DNA from: Podarcis vaucheri
Taxonomy: Eukaryota
DNA: 64,000 bases
Strand: one strand, 5' to 3'
Assembly (NCBI GenBank): GCA_965113315.1
Contig: OZ220364.1
The number at the start of each line of letters is the position of its first letter. Position 1 is the first letter of the stretch. Made by a program: the position numbers and the translations under genes. Below, one piece after another: positions 23,200-35,400 of the stretch. The notes under the pieces were generated by a model. It was not told the origin of the DNA. It did not search any database and saw nothing but the letters and a program-made list of their open reading frames with translations.

Positions 23200-26100
23200 T
23201 TTTAGTTGGAGTCCTGCTTACCAGTTTCCTCTGCCATGCAGGGCAAACGAATGAAAAGAAAGCTCTCCCGTGCCTTCTGCGCCACGCAGAAATCCCAAAA
23301 CAAACAAATAAACAGGACTGGAAGTTCGAAACGGGGAAGAACTGCAGATAGCGCTGCAAACGCACATCTGGCATTAGTCTGGGAAGAGCCACACAAGCGC
23401 GCGCGCACGCTGTATAGATTAAGCGGCTTTGGAAACTGTCACTGGGAAATCTGTTCATTTTCTCTAATGGACTAGGAGAAGGATTGTTGTTATATTCCTC
23501 GCCCATCCCACAACAATATCCTTGCTAAACAGCACGCACGAACGCCGGGTGTCAAGACAATATAAATGATTGGGTTTGGGGTTTTTTTTTTATTCAGAGG
23601 CGTTGCGGCACTGCCGCCTCAGCTAAGTAACAACTGTATCCGCTACCACTATGGAGGAGGGCCATAGACCCAGGCGAAATTTATAGCAGCCCCGGCGTTG
23701 CGGTTATGATTTTGCTATGATATTACTTTGGAACAAAGTCCCATTGAGTCCCTTGGAAATCTACTGTCTTGCAAGGGCGTGGGGTGGGTTTTTTTTTTTT
23801 GGTTTGGTTTGCTGCTTTCCCTCCCTTACCCCCACCGTCCCCACCGCACTCCCGCGTCGCTGCCAATACGAGAAGAAAATGGGAAGCGCGGGGGGGGGGT
23901 GTGTGTGAAGCTATTTGGATAGCCTAAAATTATGGGTTGACCTCGATCGAGATTTAATTCTCATGCTCCCCTCCACCATCTTGCGGTGGCAAGGAAGCGA
24001 ACCTGCTCTTCTCCTCCGTCTCAGCCAAAACAAGGACTCCAGCCATTTTTCACATGTTTCCTTCGAGAGCAAGACTTATCTTTCACCATAATGAGAACAG
24101 CTTTGCCATTGAGAGGGAGGGGGCGCTTTCTTTTGGGGGGTGGGTGGGTAATAAATAAATAAATAAATAAATAAAGCCTCTTTATTCACCCACTAGCCAC
24201 CCACTTTCGCCTCTCTCTCTTTAAATTTCCTCCCTTTCCTTTCCCTTTCCCTCTCCTCCATCACCCTCCAGCCCTTTTTCCTTGTCGCGATATCACCTTA
24301 TCGGTTCAATCTATGTAAAGACCACCCACCCACTCCCCTCTTTAACCTCCGAATCCCTGGCAGATCTCCTGTGCGCAATTAGGCCCGTTCTGGGACCTCC
24401 GACGGACAACCTGTGATATGAGAATGTCTATAATCCAGCCCTCCACAGTAGACAGGCTGCTCAAGACTTTGCAGGATCTCCCCTCATTTCCGCTCTTATT
24501 AATTTCAGGCGCTCTGATCTATCCACCCCATCCCTCCCACCTCCTCTTTTATTTAAAGATTATACGATTAAGACAAGAAAATCTAAACCCTCCTTTCCCT
24601 TATCCCCTCCCCCCACCCATTCTCCCCCTCTCCTTACCGAGCGAACTTCATTGTTTTCTGGAGGAAACCGTAATGTTGAGACATTAAACCCTAATTGGGC
24701 TTTTCTTTATGACGTTTAATTTCCTCCATCGCAGACGTGTTTGCATCTTGCTGAAAGAGGAGTTGTTTGAAGTCTGCAATCCCGGAGGGGGGTGGAGAGA
24801 GAGGGAGGGGGGAAAAACTTTCCGAGCAGCAGTCGTCATGCGGACTTCTGGTCTTATTCCCACATAGTCTCGCCCTTCACGCACCCCCACAGCCTTCCTC
24901 TTGATCGTTGCATTCAGATAGCCTCCCCTCCCTCAAAATAAGAATGGTGATGTAAAAGAGATGGGGAAATGGGCCGGGGGGGTGTTTAAAAAGAGAGACA
25001 GAGACCCATATGTTGACTTGGGTAAGAAATGCGATGGCCATTTAGCTCTGTTGTGACAAATCCATGAAAATGGAGGACCGCCGTATACCATATAAGGTAG
25101 GATGCTAACTTGACCTTCACTTTGTAATGGCGGCCCCCGCCCACCCAGACAGACTGTTGTAAACAGAAGTCATCCGACCAAAAAAAAAAAAAAAAAAAAA
25201 AGATTAGCACCGGGCAGACAAGGTCTCGCAGAATTGCTAACACATTTGCTGGTTTTTAAGCTGCGGCCAACGAGGTACAATATTCTCTGAACTACAGTAG
25301 GGGACGGAGTGGGGGTGGGGGATGGAGGAGGAGGAGGAGGAAGAAGAAGGGGGGCCGGGCCTCATCATTGGAGATCAACAAAGGTCTCCCCAGATCTTTA
25401 GTTTGCTGTATTAAAGGGTTGTTAAGAGGGGGTCTTCCAACGCCGGGCTTCGTATAGATTACAGCGTCCGGAGCTGTTGTTGTTGAATGTGGCCTTGAGG
25501 TAGTGCGAGGGTGGCTGGGTGACTGGGTGGGGGGTGGCCGGCGCTTCTCTTAATGAATTTATCCGTCCAGATTCTTAAAAAAACACAGCAATTCTTCATT
25601 ATGATATCGACGAGGACGGACGATTTACGAATTCACTCTAATTTTAATGCAGGAGGTCATTTCAGAAAATCGCCTCTTCTTTTATTTAAATCTATAGAAT
25701 GTTTTGTTTACGTCAATCTGAAATGGAAAGTGTAAAAAGAAAGCGCATGTAGCCTTCCTTCTTTCCTTTTTAAGGAAGGCAACGAGGGTCTCCTGACTCG
25801 CCATTTCCGCAGCAGCCAAATCACAACAGTGGCAAAAAGTTTACCAGAGTGCAGAAAACAGGTTTAGTTTTGCTTTTCGAAATGTGTTTGGGCCCAGGAA
25901 AACGCTCGGTCCGTGATTGCCAGTGCGGGGAGTTCAGCTTTGTATGGTGGTGGCGGCTGTTTGCGGGGGTGGGTAGGAGGGAGGCGGAATCGAGACTGTA
26001 CCTGATCATATAATATAATTTATTTAGCATATCTTTTTCCTTGTCAGTTACCTAGACATAATGGAGCGCTATCGAGAGACGGGTCATGGATCCCGATCCA
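23200..26100. promoter_or_regulatory. CpG-enriched regulatory region in the HOXC11-HOXC12 interval (HOTAIR-syntenic position)
   Basis: Visibly higher CpG/GC than its flanks, with many transcription-factor motifs. The position corresponds to the mammalian HOTAIR interval, but no transcript can be called from sequence alone. Confidence 0.4.
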
Positions 26101-26279
26101 CTGCACGTATTAAGCGATCGTCTCCATTTAAGTCATTTTATTCCCCTTTAAACCAACCGAGTAATAATGGCTACCAAGTTCTTGCATCTTTCACAAACTC
26201 AGAACTTTTAAAATCAGCGCCGCATACTTCACTGATGCAACGCCGCCAGTCGTTTATATAGATGAGTAACTAGGAAAGG

Positions 26280-26379
26280 CACGACCAAAGACCAATTAAT
26301 TTCAATGAGGAAGAATTAAGCACGTGCTTAATCGACAACAAGGGGACTTACAAGCGCTTCACTTTGACTGGATCCTGGC
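26280..26379. mobile_element. Degenerate family B palindromic element
   Basis: Central palindrome ATTAAGCACGTGCTTAAT, with gggactta...tttgactggatcctggcc at the end. Confidence 0.45.
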
Positions 26380-28650
26380 CTTTCAGGAATACAGAGGAGG
26401 CAGTAAACCATAGGTATTGTTAGGCTGATATTGTATCTCTACATTCTGACGCAGATAACTGGCATAGCAAGCAGAGCATGTTTGTTTGCTTGTTTGTATG
26501 TTTATTTGTGTGTGCGCGCGCGCGTGGAGAAACACAACATTCTAATCAGACTCATCATAAGCATGAAAAAGAGTGAACGTGTTCAAGTCTCTGTCGGCAA
26601 ACACAACCACCTTTTGCCCGGTCTTGGCGGGCTAATCGTCGCCTTCATTTCAAAGCTGCCAGCTCCCTTTGATTTTAGCAGCAGCTACTGGGAGGTGTGT
26701 TTTGTGGGTGTTTAAAGCCCTTCGTTTGGTGGCCCTACGTGTATCTCTGAGACGGAGTACATGCGTTCTCCTTTGTCATTTACATCCAGAGCTCTGGATT
26801 TGTTCCTTTGAATATTATTTATTCCTTTATTCCTATGGCTGCTTTGTATGGCCCCTCACTGCCCCCAAAAGTTGCACTACCACGCAAATGCATGCAGAAT
26901 GTGCAGATATTTTGCCCCCACTCAGTCGGGAATTCTCGAGGGACACAAGGGGTGCCGGCAGCAGGACTTTGCTGATTGTGCAACCTTTAAAGGACAATTC
27001 GGTGGAACTCACTCCTCAACTGCAGTAAATGGCAGAGCTCTCGCAGATTTTGATGGTGAGTCTGGAAGGCGCTCGCTGTTATTAGGACTGCCTCCTACTC
27101 CACCCTATTTCTTCTAATAATAATAATGATGATGATGATCCTTTCTTTCTCAAAACCTCACACAGCCTCATAATAGATTAATAGTTCTTCATCACAATAA
27201 GATGAATTTTCACATGCCCTTTAATTATCATCTCATCTCCAGCGAACACTGGTTCTGGAGAAGGTAAAGGGGGGTTATTGGATACAACTACAAAGATGGT
27301 TCCCCCCCCCCTTGGGAAGATTAATGTTGGCTGTGATTCTTAAAAGATCTTCAGATATAGCCCAGGCTGCTTGCATAACAACAATCAACTACCACAAGGC
27401 CTTCATCACATCACTTTATTAAAGGGGGAAAGTATTTTTAGCCTGTCTGTTTCAGACCCAGCCAACCATAAACAAAGATTCTTAAATGCAAATGCGGTCT
27501 TATTTGGGTTCCAGAAAGGCAAATGAGATTTCTAACTTTTGGGCATGCCATAAAAGGAGAGTTTTTAAAGCCACCTTCACTCTTAATTATGGGAAAGCCC
27601 TAGCGTTTCCAAATATAGGAAAACGACTCAGTCCAAGTTAAGCGTCAACTTGCTTCTGAGTAAAACTGGATAGGATCCGGCTGCAAAATTTATCGCTTTC
27701 AAAGTGGGAGATATTTAAACACCTGCTTTGAAGTTGCAGAGTTATAGGCAGACAGATTTACTTGGGAATAAGTAAATATGGGTAGGATGAGGGAGCACAT
27801 CTCTCTGAAATCTATAGAACTCCATAGCCCTTAACTCGAGCTAGACTGTGTGCACATTTCCTTTCAAATTAAGGTTATTGGGAATAATAATAAATACACG
27901 TAGACCTAACCTCATGTTGTTGTTTGTTTGTTGGTAAGTGAGTGGTTTTCTTTAATTGATTCATCAACTCTTCTGGTTAACATAATCACAGAAACAAAGG
28001 CTGGCTGTAAGAAATTCTAAGCAAACTCTTATGGCTCCTGCAAGGAATACAAATGTATCCATCTTTGTATCTTTCCTATCCTTTTCATCTTTATTATCAC
28101 TCTTGTTAACAACACCAGAGAGGCTTGATACATATATCTCGTTTAAATGCAGTCAACCATGAAGCCACTGCAGTTGGTTGCTACAGACATATTAATTAAT
28201 TTATTCTCTCAACAGTAAAATATTGCTGTGTCTCCTTGCTACCAACCAAGTCATATAAAAATCAGGGTTTATTTTTTTTACCCCCTCTGCAGTTCATTAG
28301 GCTTTACCTATAAGTTTCCATTTGAAATGATTTGCTTTAAAACTAATTACTCGTATTCTATTTCATTTCCCAATCCCGGAGTGTAAAATGGATTCAAAGG
28401 TGGCGTGGGTGGCATATGTTGGTAAACATTGCTAATTATTCCCACTCTGTCTTGATTGTGTATTTATGAACCCACCCATATAAAAGGGGGAGAAAATACT
28501 CAGTAAAAGGTGTGCTGGCATATTGATGATAATGGCACATGTTACTTAAAAGAGTGCGATGTCGCTAGGGACAGTGTAAGATGATAATGTAGCAGCCGAG
28601 ATTTTGTTTAGCAGGTTTCCACTTTGAGAATAAAATATTGGACTCACTCA

Positions 28651-28848
28651 CAGCGCATTCCAATACACACCTACTCAGAAGTGAGCCTCACTGAGGTTAG
28701 GCAACGTTGTGCCCTCCAGGTGTGGTGGACTGCCAAAGCCTATCAGCCCAAGGCAGCATGCCCAATGGTCAGGGATGGTGGGAGTTGGAGTCCAACATCT
28801 GCAGGACGCCACAGTAGACTATTCATGGTGTCTGTAGGACTGCAGTCT
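28651..28848. mobile_element. Family A element interrupted by an older palindromic hAT-type MITE (insert ~28692-28828)
   Basis: The left arm cagcgcattccaatacacacctactcagaagtgagcctcact and right arm gtgtctgtaggactgcagtc flank an insert with inverted arms gccctccaggtgtggtggact / agtccaacatctgcaggacgc. Confidence 0.6.
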
Positions 28849-29019
28849 CAGGGTGAGGAAGAAGAGAATGAGGACCAGAATTGCACACTGGGATGACAAC
28901 AGAAGGCCCAAGCATAGGCTAGCCCTGCACAATGTCTACAGTGCTCCAGGTGTATTCGGAAAAGACTGTTTTTGGGCCATGGCTTCTAGGGAATTTCAGG
29001 GACCTCTGTTTGCCTAATC

Positions 29020-29269
29020 CAGGGGTAGGCAACCGAAGGCCCAGGGGCCAGATGCGGCCCAATTGCCTTCTCAATCTGGCTCATGGACGGTCCAGGAGTC
29101 AGTGTGTTTTTACATGAGTAGAATGTGTCCTTTTATTTAAAATGCATCTCTGGGTTATTTGCGGGGCATAGGAATTCATTCATTTCTCCCCCCCAAAATA
29201 TAGTCCGGCCCCCCACATGGTCTGAGGGATGGTGGACCGGCCCAGGCTGAAAAAGGTTGCTGACCCCTG
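29020..29269. mobile_element. Non-autonomous hAT (Charlie-like) DNA transposon, 250 bp
   Basis: TIRs CAGGGGTAGGCAACC / GGTTGCTGACCCCTG. The flanks gcctaatc and gccctaatc form a near-perfect 8-bp TSD. Subterminal GGCCC motifs are present. Confidence 0.85.
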
Positions 29270-29589
29270 GCCCTAATCCCTGAGTAAATTGCAATCTCAC
29301 TTCCAAACAAGTGGGCAGGGCAGACCACTTGCCAGGGGAGCTAGTTGATGGTTACACCTCCTGGGCTGATACACTTCCTTAATCCCAATGGCAAGGATTT
29401 GATCCTCTGTGTTTGCATTTGCTGAAGAGAGGTAAACCCACATCAGTGCTGTTAAGGTATTTATTTACCCCTCCAGGGATATCTCTTCTGGTGTGGCTGA
29501 GGATTAATACCGAAATTAAATCAGAAATGAGGGGAAAGTAGATGTTGCTTTCATTAAGCAACATCTAAGAGTCCTCTCTGATGTGGTTT

Positions 29590-29796
29590 TAAGCTCTTCT
29601 CATGTGTTAGCCCTCTCAAATGGAAAACAATGGGACTTAAAGTGTGTTTAACTCTGACTGGATAGGATCTATCATTATCATGTTAAAGAACCCAAGAAAA
29701 GGTAACCACTTTAAAGTCCTGTTGATTACAGTAGGGTAATCAGAGTTAAACACCTGATTAACTCAAAGAGCTTTTAATTTTGAGTAGATCGTGCCC
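29590..29796. mobile_element. Two adjacent degenerate family B palindromic elements
   Basis: caatgggacttaaagtgtgtttaactctgactggat, followed by ccactttaaagtcctgttgatt...agatcgtgccc. Confidence 0.45.
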
Positions 29797-31986
29797 GTTT
29801 GTATAACTAACTCTAATACTCCCACATTGCACCTATATGATAGCGTACCTAGGGTGCCATTAATATAGGGTGCTATATTAAAATTTACATAATGTTATGT
29901 GAATATTCATTTTTAAGCTTCCCGTTTAAAAAGGTTGGAAAGATTAATAATGAGGGCTTTAATATTTCCTCCGGAACACGCCTGGCCCCAATCTTCTGAT
30001 CGCCCTTTGCTGTTCGGTGTCCCGAAAGAAGATGCATTCGTAACAAAGCCTATCCGTTTTCGAAAATAGACACAGTTTGTACGTGGCAAATGGCGCCTAG
30101 TGTCATGCACGAGCGAATGACCCTATATAATGGAATTTCATTTTTTTAATGCCCTTCACGACGATATTTGTTATGTTATCTTTTTTGCTTTCTCTTCAGT
30201 CTGCGGGGTCTATCCAAAATACCAGAAGAGCATGGGAATGTTTGCAAAACATTTTTGGCTGCAGCCGTTGACGGGATGAAAGCCAAGGCAAGGGAAGAGA
30301 CAGACAGATAGCTTTGCCACAGATCCTCCGTGAAGTCCAAGAGCAAGGCTTGCAGACCCCCAAGCGAGGGACCATTTGTCAAGGGGGAAGACATCCCGTG
30401 CGACGGGGGAAACAGCGAGAAACAGTATTTCAATTGTCTTATATATGCTTCAAAATAGCACCGATTATGAATTCTCAGTAAGTAGATATGTGGCAGTCAC
30501 TGCAGAGGCTAAGCTTACCGAAATATAAGATAGATACAGGGATTAAAGAGAGAGACAGACAGATGGATAAGATGGACAGACAGAAAGCGGAGGCAGGCCA
30601 ACCAGTATTCCACATTTGCACATTAGCACGAGACAATGGCGTTTTAATAATTTAAAATAAAATATTTTTTAAATCACTGGATTGCACTTTTTTAAAAAAA
30701 AAATTAAAATCCATGCTAACATTTCCCTACTTGGTAACTTGAAGGAAATGTGTCAAATACTTGTTAGCATTGTTATACGGATCATAAAAGCTGCCTTCTT
30801 ACTTGGGAACAAGTTCCATTGGAATAACTATGCATAATGCGACATGCTGCTGTTGTTGGTGGTTTAGTAAGAAGGAAAAGGACATCCTGTTAAACCGATC
30901 CTGAATTTTGGGTGGTAGTTATGGTGGTGATGCGTGTGGAGCTTATCTGATACTGGCGAGCAAGCAAAACACATCGCTGGGGTTTTCTTGGGACTAGCAC
31001 GCATCGCTTCAGATCTATAATATATAATTACTCTTTGCACCATCTTTCTGCACTGAACAATGACTATTATGTGCATATGTTCAGCCCCAGAGGGTAAATT
31101 CTCTATTTCCCCCCGATAACACATAAAACATTTGCTCACAACCCTTTCGGTACAGAGAACACCTATAGTAAAATAATAATAGTAAGGATAAGGATAAAGT
31201 ATTACTTGATTTTGGATCAAGCCTATGCGCTTTTGCATATTTCCCATAATTTTGGAATAATTTGCACTGTTGAAATACAACTTAACTGGGTGTGTGCCTG
31301 TCGTTGGTGGTTTTTCCCCCTTATTCTCTTGAAGGCAGAATTATTCTTTGCAATTCAGGAGATGGGGATATACTTTCCGCTTCTTAATGAATTCATTTTA
31401 AAGCCATAGCTATGAAATACACCCCTATATAAAAAAAGCAGCAGCAGAAGCAGCAAGCAAGCTGAGGAACAATACGCACTTTTACTGCGAGCAACAATTT
31501 GTCCTAGCCACTCACTGGTAATAAATAAGTTTTATCTATTTGGGTGAGTGTTTAAGCGTCTTTGGAACCAAGCATTCCCTCTTCAAGGTGAACCGATCCA
31601 CAATTTTCTACACAATTTATGCCTCTATATACAATCCAGGCTTGTTGGAGATGATCCAGAACCCTATTCACTTCTGTGGAGCCCTTAACAGTCCTCATAT
31701 GACAACCAGCGTTCCGTGCACACCTCCAGTAAAAGAGGCAGAAGTGATATTTGTGTGGGTACTTCTTTCGAAGAAATGAGAGTGAAAAAAGAAAAGAGAA
31801 ACCTTGTGAGTGAAATCTATATCCTTTTGAAGCCAAGGGCAAGTCTCCAATTGATTTTAATGGTGGTGAATGACAGCTCTTGAAAGCACGGTGGGGAGTG
31901 ATTCAGTGAGATGGGCACCCCTAAACAGATGCACTTGAAAGAAAGTCCTACAGAGCTATACACCAAGGTCCTCTGCGTCCTTACAC

Positions 31987-32132
31987 CAGTGGCGTAGCGT
32001 GGGTTGTCAGCACCCGGGGCAAGGCAAGTAATTTGCGCCCCCTAACCCGTGGATTTGCGCCCCCTAACCCTAACCCCCAGATGTTGCGCCCGGTGAGGCC
32101 GGGCCCCCCTGCACCCCCACGCTACGCCACTG
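31987..32132. mobile_element. Young hAT-superfamily MITE, 146 bp
   Basis: Perfect 17-bp TIR CAGTGGCGTAGCGTGGG / CCCACGCTACGCCACTG and perfect 8-bp TSD CCTTACAC (31979-31986 and 32133-32140). Confidence 0.93.
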
Positions 32133-32333
32133 CCTTACACAGAAGTAAGCCCCACTTAGTTGAATGCAGGTTACTCCCTAGTAAAGGGTGCACAGAGACG
32201 GTATTACTGCTGCTGCTAGCTCTTTTGAGTGTTCTGAGCACTCCAATCCCTACAACAACCTTGTACAGTAGTCAGTGTTATTAAAGGTGAGCAGGGTGAG
32301 GTTGCCAAGTTCGTAGCTTGCCTAGCGCCTGCT

Positions 32334-32424
32334 AGGCTGTAACGCTACACAAATTTACCTGCGAGTTAATTCCACTGAACTTAATGGGGCTTACTTCTGA
32401 GTAGGCATGTAGAGAATTGTACTC
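32334..32424. mobile_element. Palindromic MITE-like family A copy
   Basis: ggctgtaacgctacacaaatttacctgcgagttaattccactgaacttaatggggcttacttctgagtaggcatgtagagaattgtactc is similar to the reverse complement of 61963-62053. Confidence 0.75.
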
Positions 32425-35400
32425 TTAAGGGCCGCAGCGAGGTTTTTACCAGTGACTAGCCCTCAGCGAAACTTGCTTCCAGATAAGCACCTTAGGCTCG
32501 AATTATTGCAAGGAAAAGAGTTTTCTGTGCTAGGGGAATCAAGAGTTACCTATCTATACCTCGAGACATCCATAGCCGCCATTATTAGCATTTAAATGAA
32601 TTTGTGCGGGATTCTTAAGGGGAACAGTGTGAATATTAGAGGAGCCGGTGAATGTTTAAAGGATCAGGGCCCCGTTGTCTTGCAACTTCCCATAGATCTC
32701 AATTACTCTTGATGTATCCTAGAAATAGTTTCCCTTGAAATGGATATTACATCCTAAAAGCTTCTGGGCTCATATCCAGTCCAGGTACTGAACTGTATCG
32801 AGTTCCCAATGTAGAATGTTCACCTACAAAGGCACAATAGCCCTATGAACAAAGAAGCAACGTTTTATATCATTCGTGTCATTAAATTTTAACTCATAGC
32901 CCGCTGCTATAATTTCTTCCTGGACTTTATGAAGGATTTCCTATTAATTTCGCGCGCAAACACACACATACTCTGCTCCACCCAGTATTTTAAATGTGTG
33001 CGATGGGGTCAGAGCTGAATTCGATCGGATGCTGTTGCCGACGAATAAGACGAGGCTGACCAAACCTGGTATGTTCACCTTTTAAATAATATTATGCACA
33101 CACAGTATACAAATCAATGCATCCCCCATGATCCGTCTCTGCTACCGATACGTGTGCGAGTGTCGTTTGGTCACAATTGCATCTCCTGCACACCACAAGC
33201 CAAAGCAGCCTCTCTGGCGCGTCAATATTATGTATGTTCAGAAGGGGGCGTCGCGGGTTGGGGGGAGGAGAGAGGAGTTAGCAAACTACATCACCGATCT
33301 CTAACAATTGCCTTCGCGCAATCTCTTTCTTTCCTTAATGCACCTATACCATAAGAACACGGGACCTCTTTGCAAGGAAGTGCCTTCTTCTGATAACAGG
33401 AGTAAAGAAAGCGGAGAGAATAGACTGGCATAAGCTCACACCTATCCTGTTCCCAGTTACTAAGAGTCGAAGGCGCAAAGGATTCTAAACGGGGATGAGC
33501 AGTTTTTGATCCGCTTTTTGGAGATGGTCTCTCCCTCCTCCCCTTCACAATCCACTTATTGATCTTTTAAAAGGTTTTTGGCGTGCGCGCGCCTGCCGGT
33601 GTGTGTATTAATGCATTGCTCCAGCCGCCACTAAACTTTATGGTTGAACCGAAGACCTGAAAGGTGGATAAAGCCATTACATGTAAATCTTCCTTTCCAG
33701 AGGAAGATTCCATCTCTCTCTCTCTCTTTCTCTCTACATACATACATACATACATACATACACCCCCATCCCCTACCACTCATACAACCTACACAATTCA
33801 TGAAATCTAAATTGACTCTGTGGAATCGCTGCTATAAAGGCACCTGGCTGGATATTCAGAAGAGAGAATAAAACGCGAAGCCAACGGGAGGAATTAAATA
33901 TGGGCTTATTGAAGAAGGTCGAACCCAAGGCTCGTGAGGGTTTTTGTGTTTTGTTTTGGAGGTGGGGTATTTGTTTTGTTTTTGTTTATATTACAAGAGT
34001 TGCTGATTTAAATTAAAGCGTCACTTAATTTAAAAAGAAATCCATGTCATTTTAAATAAATAAATATCTTCCCCCTTTAATCTAGGGGAACTTTGTCTTG
34101 GCCTCAGTTGCTCCTGAAAGGGGACAAAAAGAAATATACTGGTGACACTTCTCTTTCCCAGAGAACAAAATATCAGTAATGATTCCGTTTATAAGCAAGG
34201 CCATCAGGAGACACTCCCCCCCCAAAAAAAACCCCTTATATTCGCATTAAACGTTAACATCCCAGATTCATTTACTCTCTTATCTTCTTGGATATATTTT
34301 TTTAATTATAGGTATCATTGTGCTCCGAGGCATCCCTTACTTTACAACCTATTTTATATATCCACTTAATTATTTTTTTTAAGGGAAACATGATCTATAT
34401 ACCTCCAAATGTTTCATTGGCTTATTTCTGTGTGCGCGTTACTCTTTTACTAAGCTCTCTCGGTCCTCCAACAGTCGATAGTAAATCACCAACCAGAGGT
34501 TTGAAACATTTTATTTATTATCAGAAATCACATAATAATACATTCAAATTTTTTTTATTATTATTATCATTATTATTATTATCATCATCATTATTATTGT
34601 GAAACAACTTTTTACATGACTATATAAAGCCGGGGGAACGTGCTATGGACAGACATTTGCATAGGCCCTACATATAATAGCTTGAGGTAAGAAACATTAC
34701 ATATGGACTATATTGCCAACGATGCATATTTAACAACAGCAGGAAACTAGACTAGAGAATAACAAGCGAAGGACCGAGCCACAGACACCGGGAACTAACA
34801 CAAGACGAACAGAATCCACACGGAATAATAATACTTCAATGCAATCTGAACGAGAATATTGCATATATTTCAACTTCTTCATTTTCAAATTTTAAATTAT
34901 TACACCCCCTCCCTTTAAAAAATCGTTGAAGTGGCAGCTGAGAATCGCCTGTTATGTGCAGTTACACACCAAGGAGACCATTCTCAGGACTCAAGATTCT
35001 TGCTGGTGGGTTGTGTATTGTATTTCTAAGCGTAAAACTCCTTCGCTGTAGATAGAAATCGCTCTCGGCGCGTAAAATATTAACATCAAGACATCTTTCT
35101 CTCTGTCTGTCGCCTGCCACAATTTAAACCGAACGCTGCGTTATAACATTGCCCCTTAAACGCTCAAAACCCTGGTAAGCCAGCCGCCAACCCCTCCCAA
35201 AACGCAACCTTTTGCCAGCGAGTAACATGTCATCTCTTCAAGAGGAAGCGATGGTAGCAAACCAAGTACAATTCTGATATGTCTGATTCCTCGAACATGT
35301 TCCTCCTTTACCGCACAGACCCAAGACTTCCCTTCTAGATTTATGCAACACACTCCATGACATTTCAGTTGGCTGAAAGTCGTTATGTTGACCGAAAATG

